The position numbers and the translations under genes were made by a program. From contig CAVXLD010000013.1 of the NCBI GenBank assembly GCA_963762565.1, positions 64,001 through 128,000 on the forward strand: a stretch of DNA of 64,000 nt, read 5' to 3'. This DNA is from an uncultured Verrucomicrobiae bacterium (GTDB lineage: Bacteria > Verrucomicrobiota > Verrucomicrobiia > Chthoniobacterales > JAFAMB01). The notes under the pieces were generated by a model that saw nothing but the letters and a program-made list of their open reading frames with translations, made no database searches and had not been told where the DNA came from. This document shows, piece by piece, positions 58,252 through 64,000 of the stretch (positions within the stretch are counted from its first letter, which is position 1; each line of letters starts with the position of its first letter).

Positions 58252-58343
58252 AACGCCAAACGCCAAACGCCAAACAAACGCCAAACGCCGAACGCCGAAC
58301 GCCAAACGCCAAACGCCAAACGCCGAACGCCAAACGCCAAACG
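58252..58343. repeat. Tandem heptamer array AACGCC(A/G), 12 full units
   Basis: Counted directly; abuts the stop codon of the DSD1-like gene. Confidence 0.95.
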
Positions 58344-58344
58344 T

Positions 58345-59478
58345 TCACCAGCCGCGAATCTTCTCCCACTCAACCAAGCCGTCGCCGCGATCAACATGGT
58401 ATCGATCGAATGGTGCAACCGTCATACAAGCGTGATTCGGCAGCACGCGCACTTTGGTGCCGATGGGAAGGAAATCCCAGGGTAGTTCGCCCTCAGCGGC
58501 AGCAATCATGCCATGTTCCTGGGCGACGTCGGCGACGTACAAATGTGAAGCTGGCAATGCCGCGCCGCGGAATGGCCGGACTAAACCGTAGCCAACGTTT
58601 TTCGTAAACTCGGAAGCACTCAAATCTTTGGAGAGTGCCAGGGCGCCTGCATCGATCAGGACTCGGCTTCTCCGCTGGTTGTGACCGATTACGGTGGCTA
58701 CGACCGAGACCGCGATGTCGTCTTCAGTACAAACACCTAGGCCAACCTGGTCTAGATCGAAGAACGTATAAACACCAGGCCGCATTTCGGTGACACCGTC
58801 TAATCGTTCCGCGAACACCATCGTTGGAGTGGAACCGACGCTCACCGTCTCGCATGGCATTCCGGCTGCCCTAATCCGTTGAGCCGCCTGAACCACACCC
58901 GACCGTTCCTGTTCTGCGATATGCCGGATCTCGTCAACGCTGTGAGCACGGTAACTGTGTCCAGCGTGACTTAGCACGCCGGCGAGTTTAAGGGACTTAG
59001 ATTCAGCAACGGCCTTTGCGACTGCTAACAATGCCGAACCATCGGGATCAACGCCGGCTCGACCGCCGCCGGTATCGATCTCAACAAACACTGAGAAAGC
59101 GGAATGTTCTTTTGCTGCGGCAAACGACGCCGCGGTTGCCGTTGCCACATTATCCAGAATTAAATTGATCGTCGCGTCGTGTTTTCGCTGGATCGCTGCA
59201 AGCGCAGGAATCTTGTCCGGCGCGATCCCCACCCCATAGGTCAAATCCCTGAATTGATGCGCCGCAAAGTAAGCCGCCTCGGCAATCGTCGAAACGGTGA
59301 TGCCGCCGAACTGTCCTCGAGTCGCGATTGCTCCGACCTCAGTAGATTTTGCTGTCTTGAGGTGTGGCCGTAACCGGACTCCGTGACGTTTGGCCCGTTC
59401 AGCCATGGCAGCGCAGTTGCGCTCAAGCACTGCCAGATCAAGAACCAAAGAAGGTGTTTCCAGTTCGTCGATGCGCAC
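58345..59478 (-). CDS. DSD1/D-threonine aldolase-like fold-III PLP enzyme
   Basis: ETPSLVLD, LRPHLKTAKS, HAGHSY, GSTPT, EMRPGVYTFFD, QEHG, PNHAC. Confidence 0.88.
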   Translation of the reverse strand: MRIDELETPSLVLDLAVLERNCAAMAERAKRHGVRLRPHLKTAKSTEVGAIATRGQFGGITVSTIAEAAYFAAHQFRDLTYGVGIAPDKIPALAAIQRKHDATINLILDNVATATAASFAAAKEHSAFSVFVEIDTGGGRAGVDPDGSALLAVAKAVAESKSLKLAGVLSHAGHSYRAHSVDEIRHIAEQERSGVVQAAQRIRAAGMPCETVSVGSTPTMVFAERLDGVTEMRPGVYTFFDLDQVGLGVCTEDDIAVSVVATVIGHNQRRSRVLIDAGALALSKDLSASEFTKNVGYGLVRPFRGAALPASHLYVADVAQEHGMIAAAEGELPWDFLPIGTKVRVLPNHACMTVAPFDRYHVDRGDGLVEWEKIRGW

Positions 59479-59482
59479 GGAT

Positions 59483-60238
59483 CTATCCCCGGTGTATGGC
59501 CAGTGGACCAAAGGCTTGGGTTACCGGCATGAGCTCAATTGTGTTGATGTTCATCCGAGCCGGTAACGTGGTCACCCAGTACACCGTGTCGGCCACGTCC
59601 TCCGCGGTAAGCGCATCTGCTCCCTCATAAATTTTGCCCGCTTTGTCGCTGTCACCCTTGAGACGCACAACCGAAAATTCGGTACCGCCGACTAACCCAG
59701 GTTCGACGTCGGTTACTCGCACCTTAGTTCCAAGCAAATCAGCACGCAGGTTAAGCGAGAACTGACGGACAAAAGCTTTGGTGGCGCCATATACATTGCC
59801 GCCCGGGTAAGGATAATTTGCGGCGGTCGAACTGATGTTGACGATGTGGCCGCGGTTGCGAGCAACCATACCCGGAAGGATAGTGCGAGTAACATACATC
59901 AGCCCCTTCACGTTAGTGTCGACCATTTGTTCCCAAGCTTCGATGTCGGCTTTGTGGGCCGGCTCCAAACCGAGTGCCAGGCCGGCGTTGTTCACTACCA
60001 CATCGATTTCCGCAAACTCTGCCGGCAAGGTTTTAGCGGCATGCTCAACTGCAGGACGATCTCGGACGTCGAGCACCAGTGTGTAGAGGCGGTCGGTGGC
60101 GAGTTCGGCGGCGAGCGCTTTGAGCCGCTCCTGTCGGCGCCCCGAGGCTACCACTCGATGTCCTTCCACAATAAATTTCTTTGCGATCGCTGCACCGAAC
60201 CCAGCGCTTGCCCCAGTGACGAATACGGTCATCGACAT
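59483..60238 (-). CDS. ydfG: YdfG-like NADP-dependent 3-hydroxy acid dehydrogenase (SDR)
   Basis: TGASAGFG, NNAGLALGLEPAHKA, YPGGNVYGATKAFVRQFSLNLRADL, TEFS.VR.KGD, MPVTQ. Confidence 0.85.
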   Translation of the reverse strand: MSMTVFVTGASAGFGAAIAKKFIVEGHRVVASGRRQERLKALAAELATDRLYTLVLDVRDRPAVEHAAKTLPAEFAEIDVVVNNAGLALGLEPAHKADIEAWEQMVDTNVKGLMYVTRTILPGMVARNRGHIVNISSTAANYPYPGGNVYGATKAFVRQFSLNLRADLLGTKVRVTDVEPGLVGGTEFSVVRLKGDSDKAGKIYEGADALTAEDVADTVYWVTTLPARMNINTIELMPVTQAFGPLAIHRG

Positions 60239-60596
60239 GCTCCAGTATGAATGCGAATCGTTTTCAGGCAACCGAGGTGGTGAGTTAGGGAAACAGCTCG
60301 GATGGCCCAAGGTTGGTGGGGCGAGGCTCCGGCACGGTCATGGTACTTTGCGAGAATGTGCGACATCGAGGGACGACTTTATGTTTTGGGTCAAAACGCT
60401 GCCGAGCCGGACCCAACGCGCGGCCATCATCCGTGGCTTTGAATTGGACCGGGCCCGCGTTCGATTTGCGCCAGCCCATTTTTGCTGAAGCCTCGCACTG
60501 GGCCCCGCGGCTCGGCGGCTTTCTGGCCCTGCCAACTACAGATTCGACAACCTTAGCAGCCCTGCTCGCCCTTAAAGGAAGATCCGGAGCCTCGCC

Positions 60597-60992
60597 CTAC
60601 CAATTCGCCTCCTTCACATAGGAGGCCAGGCCGTTACCGAAGGACCAATCCTCCCGAGTGTTCGGCGAAAGAATCACCTGGACATCTTCAGGCCGCAATC
60701 CAGCGTTTGCGGAAAGCAGCTCGGCTAAGCGTTTGTAAAGCCGCTGTTTCGCCGGCGTGTCCCGCCAATTGCTCGCGGTGATATTGATGAACACGACGTC
60801 TTTTGAACGATGGATACCCATATAGTCAGAATCATAGATGAATTCTTCCGGCTCATATTGATCAACGAACTGGAAACGGTCGTCTGCCGGCACCTCGTAG
60901 GTTTCGGTCAGGGCCTGGTGAACATTGTCCGCAATAGCCCGGATCTGGTCGTTGGATTTGCCCTTGAGCAATGAAATTCGAACGAGTGGCAT
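60597..60992 (-). CDS. Tautomerase superfamily protein, malonate semialdehyde decarboxylase (MSAD)-like
   Basis: N-terminal catalytic Pro; VPADDRFQ; DWSFGNG. Confidence 0.85.
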   Translation of the reverse strand: MPLVRISLLKGKSNDQIRAIADNVHQALTETYEVPADDRFQFVDQYEPEEFIYDSDYMGIHRSKDVVFINITASNWRDTPAKQRLYKRLAELLSANAGLRPEDVQVILSPNTREDWSFGNGLASYVKEANW

Positions 60993-61145
60993 AGGTTTCT
61001 AATCCTTTAGTTAAACGGTGTCTCTAAGGTGGAGCGCGCCTCGCTTGCGAGGCCAACCCGTCTCAGCTTGACGACGAAAGCCTAATACCGGAGCATAGTT
61101 CTACAATTTGAAAGTTTAGCGACGATCTATCAACAAAATCGAACG

Positions 61146-62042
61146 ATGACTCCTCGCGTCAATCTGAATATGGATGTGCTGCGCACGTTCGTGACTGGGT
61201 TAGAGCTGGGAAGTTTCTCGAAAGCAGCACAGCGTTTAGGCCGTTCACAATCCGCCATCAGCACTCAGCTTCGCCGGCTGGAAGAACAAGCCGGGAAGGC
61301 GCTGTTTAAGAAGTCCGGCAGAGGTTTAGCGCTGACGACGGCAGGGGAGAGTTTGTTGAGCTACGCGAAGCGGATTCTCGAGCTCAATGATGAGGCAATC
61401 GACGGGTTACAGGACAGCGAAGTTGAAGGCTGGGTGCGACTCGGCATTCCTCAGGACTTCGCCGAAGGATGGCTAACCGGCGTGCTTGGGCGGTTCGCGC
61501 GTGCCCATCCGAAAGTGCGGGTTGAGGTGCGAGCCGAGCAAAACGTCTTGGTTATTGAGCGACTGGCTGAGGGAGAACTAGACTTGGCGATCGCCTGGGG
61601 CGCCGACGATAAGGTGCATGCCGAGAGGCTCCTCGACCTGCCGATGGTCTGGATAGGCCGCCCGGATTGGACTGGCGTCAAACGCTTGGGCTCGGAACCG
61701 TTACCGTTGGTCGCGTTTGAGCCTCCTTGTGTGTTCCGCTCCGCTGGAATGGCGGCACTCGATGCGGTAGGCATTTCGTGGCGCTTAGCGTTCACCAGCC
61801 CGAGCCTCGCGGGCTTGTGGGCTGCGACTGAAGCAGGATTGGGTGTGACCCTTCGAACTGGGATTGGCCTTCCGCGTTCCTTGACGGTTTTGAAGCTGGC
61901 AAGCTCGGGACTTCCGGCACTACCGAAAGTTCAGCTGACCCTGTGTAGAAAGAAACGCGGTGCGGCTGCTGCTGTGAATCGCCTTTCTGAGATTCTGCGT
62001 GAAACGATCACCGAGCGGACTCAGGAAGTGAGAGGTGATTAG
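61146..62042 (+). CDS. LysR family regulator
   Basis: SFSKAAQRLGRSQSAISTQLRRLEE; divergent from the tautomerase gene. Confidence 0.93.
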   Translation: MTPRVNLNMDVLRTFVTGLELGSFSKAAQRLGRSQSAISTQLRRLEEQAGKALFKKSGRGLALTTAGESLLSYAKRILELNDEAIDGLQDSEVEGWVRLGIPQDFAEGWLTGVLGRFARAHPKVRVEVRAEQNVLVIERLAEGELDLAIAWGADDKVHAERLLDLPMVWIGRPDWTGVKRLGSEPLPLVAFEPPCVFRSAGMAALDAVGISWRLAFTSPSLAGLWAATEAGLGVTLRTGIGLPRSLTVLKLASSGLPALPKVQLTLCRKKRGAAAAVNRLSEILRETITERTQEVRGD

Positions 62043-62134
62043 TGATTAGTGATTAGTGAGTTACCGTCGGTAGCGGTCCGGCAGCCGCCGATGCGCGTCA
62101 AGATAAGGGCGCAGGCGTTGGCCGGCCCCTGACC

Positions 62135-62256
62135 GGGAGGGCGCGCGTCCTCGCGCGCCGCAAAGACGTGCCAAGCTTACAGACGTATTCCGATCACTCG
62201 ACTGACAAACACGCTCGCCTTCGGGAACAACGGATCGCGGGGACGCGATCCCTCCC
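62135..62256. mobile_element. REPIN-like element, copy 3 (122 bp)
   Basis: gggagggcgcgcgtcctcgcgcgccg ... cggatcgcggggacgcgatccctccc. Confidence 0.85.
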
Positions 62257-62374
62257 AGCGCTGGGTCCGGCACGTGCCTGGCAGCTGCCGGGCCGCTACC
62301 GAGTTTGGTGCAGAGGACAATTTTGTTATTATTTTCGCCTTTCCTTTCCGATTTTGGGTTACAAATAGTGCGCT

Positions 62375-63502
62375 ATGACTTCGCTTAAATTCAGCACTGC
62401 TGCGGCGATCGGCGCGCTGCTGCTTGCCGGGAACGGCGCCGATAGCAGAGCAGATTCTCAAGCGCCGAGTGGAAGCCTTACCAAAATCCGGGTTGGCTAT
62501 ATCGGCATTACCTGTGAAGCCCCGATTTTCAGCGCCGTCGAAAACGGTTTTTTTAAAGAGGAAGGGTTGGATCCCGAACTCGTGAAGTGTGAATGGTCGA
62601 AATACAAGGATGTGCTCGCGTTGGGGGGGTTCGATATCACCCACCATCTAATCATGTATCTGCTGAAGCCGATCGAGCAGGGGTTGGATGTGAAGTTCAC
62701 TGCCGGTATCCATACGGGTTGTCTGCGAGTGCAAACGGCCGTCGATAGTAAGATCAAAACCGTGCCGGACCTGCGTGGGAAACGGATTGGTGTACCGGGA
62801 ATGGGGACGCCGCCGTTCATTTTTGCGATGCGAGTTCTAACCGCCAACGGGATTGATGGGAGCCGAGACGTTACTTGGACGGTTTACCCGTCCGGTGAGC
62901 TTGGTTTAGCACTGGAGAAAGGCCAAGTAGACGCCATAGCCGATTCCGAACCGATCGGTACTTTATTATTGGCTGATGGGAAGGTGCGGAATGTTGCTGA
63001 TCAAGCGACGGATGCTCCCTACAAGGATGAGTATTGCTGTGCGGTTGTAGTGAGAGGAAAGTTCCTGGCTGACAATCCGAAGGCGGCGGCAGCGGCTACC
63101 CGAGCATTGCTCAAAGGTGCTAAATGGGTGCAAGAGAATCCGGCGGCGGCAGCCCGGTTGTCAGTTGAGAAAAAGTATCTGGCCTCAAATCCTGAATTGA
63201 ACGCCCTGGCGCTCTCGCATCTGCGTTATGTTCCCAGTGTTTCGGGCGCTGAAGCTGCCATTAACTCCGCGGCTGTTCAGATGAAGGCTGCAGGGATGCT
63301 CAACCCGGAAACGGATGTTGCCGCGTTAGCGAAAAAAGCGTTCGTTCATTTGGATGGTGTGTCGGATGAATGGATCCAGAGTCTTCAGGTAAATAAGGTA
63401 GCGGGCGGTCAGGTACCGCCAGACGAGATCTACCGGGTCAGAGCCGAATTGGCTGGAAACGGGAGTCATCCGTCGCTCGCATCATGTTGTTCACCAGACT
63501 AG
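62375..63502 (+). CDS. SsuA/NMT1-like ABC transporter substrate-binding protein, Cys-rich
   Basis: Signal peptide; A.ENGFFKEEGL, DLRGKRIGV, ALEKGQVDA; TCEAP, EYCC and terminal SCC. Confidence 0.85.
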   Translation: MTSLKFSTAAAIGALLLAGNGADSRADSQAPSGSLTKIRVGYIGITCEAPIFSAVENGFFKEEGLDPELVKCEWSKYKDVLALGGFDITHHLIMYLLKPIEQGLDVKFTAGIHTGCLRVQTAVDSKIKTVPDLRGKRIGVPGMGTPPFIFAMRVLTANGIDGSRDVTWTVYPSGELGLALEKGQVDAIADSEPIGTLLLADGKVRNVADQATDAPYKDEYCCAVVVRGKFLADNPKAAAAATRALLKGAKWVQENPAAAARLSVEKKYLASNPELNALALSHLRYVPSVSGAEAAINSAAVQMKAAGMLNPETDVAALAKKAFVHLDGVSDEWIQSLQVNKVAGGQVPPDEIYRVRAELAGNGSHPSLASCCSPD

Positions 63503-63780
63503 TGCACCGTCTCGCATATAATGGTGACACCGTTGCGTTCAAAATGTGCCTGCGAGGCGCGAGGAGGGCGCATATGAATCGATACGTAACCGACGAGCAA
63601 CGAAGCAGCCAGCCCATTTTCAACGCAACCCTTCGGGCCGTGGCCAGTTGGCGGTTTTTCCGCGTTGCTCGCTCGACCCGTATGAATCAAGATATGGGCG
63701 CTTCGCTCGCGCCTTGAAAAACCGCCAACTGATCCGGCCGCTGCCGGACGGTGTCATCATTATATGCGAGACGGTGCACT
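63501..63780. mobile_element. 280-bp MITE with 33-bp terminal inverted repeats
   Basis: agtgcaccgtctcgcatataatggtgacaccgt versus acggtgtcatcattatatgcgagacggtgcact (one mismatch). Confidence 0.85.
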
Positions 63781-63784
63781 TAAA

Positions 63785-64000
63785 GTGAAGGAATTAGCAG
63801 AGGCTAACGAGCCGGCTCAGACCAGCAGCGAGAATACGCAGCCGTCTAAGCCGCAGAAACGAGACGGGACAGATTTCGCGCCGTCGCTCCCCTTAGCTAT
63901 CTCGGCCGAGCGGCCTGCAGAGAAAATGCGGTGGCCGACTCTGTTGGCCGTGCCATTCGCGGGAGCAGTGGCGCTTGTCCTGCATGGATTCGCGAGCGCA
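63785..64000 (+). CDS. Probable ABC transporter permease, 5' part only
   Basis: Open frame from GTG 63785 to the window end, reaching hydrophobic WPTLLAVPFAGAVALVL; follows the binding-protein gene. Confidence 0.5.
   Translation, partial: MKELAEANEPAQTSSENTQPSKPQKRDGTDFAPSLPLAISAERPAEKMRWPTLLAVPFAGAVALVLHGFASA

Noticed and set aside
58252..58343. Possible CRISPR array
   Set aside because: Contiguous 7-nt units without spacers; no cas genes in the window.

Overview
Bacterial chromosomal window. The sigma-70, NrdJ and hypothetical proteins resemble those of soil Verrucomicrobia (Chthoniobacterales/Spartobacteria); this is inferred from protein style, not from a search. The left ~36 kb is an accessory, partly decayed redox and stress region. 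It holds the 3' part of a xanthine-dehydrogenase-like gene with a double-ABM membrane protein and an OprB porin, and an apparently exported MTA/SAH nucleosidase fused to an unknown domain. It also holds a short sigma-70 plus cupin, a PaoABC-like oxidoreductase, TetR-EmrAB, sulfite-oxidase and FdhF/YdeP molybdoenzymes, a MauG-type diheme protein, a Tat-exported oxalate decarboxylase, a 2012-aa Ser/Thr-kinase/AAA/His-kinase and at least seven gene remnants. The right part is more core-like: aquaporin, cbs-cgl, pcm, GT2 + L,D-transpeptidase, nrdJ with an NrdR box, glgX, ptrB, an ECF/anti-sigma/RDD module, tRNA-Ser(GCT), DSD1/YdfG/tautomerase/LysR and an ABC transporter. The most striking pattern is at least seven families of short palindromic or tandem repeats and MITE/REPIN-like elements. 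They nest inside each other and sit in-frame inside several genes: glgX, the nucleosidase, probably oprB, and a secreted hypothetical protein. No CRISPR array, rRNA, transposase or integrase was seen.
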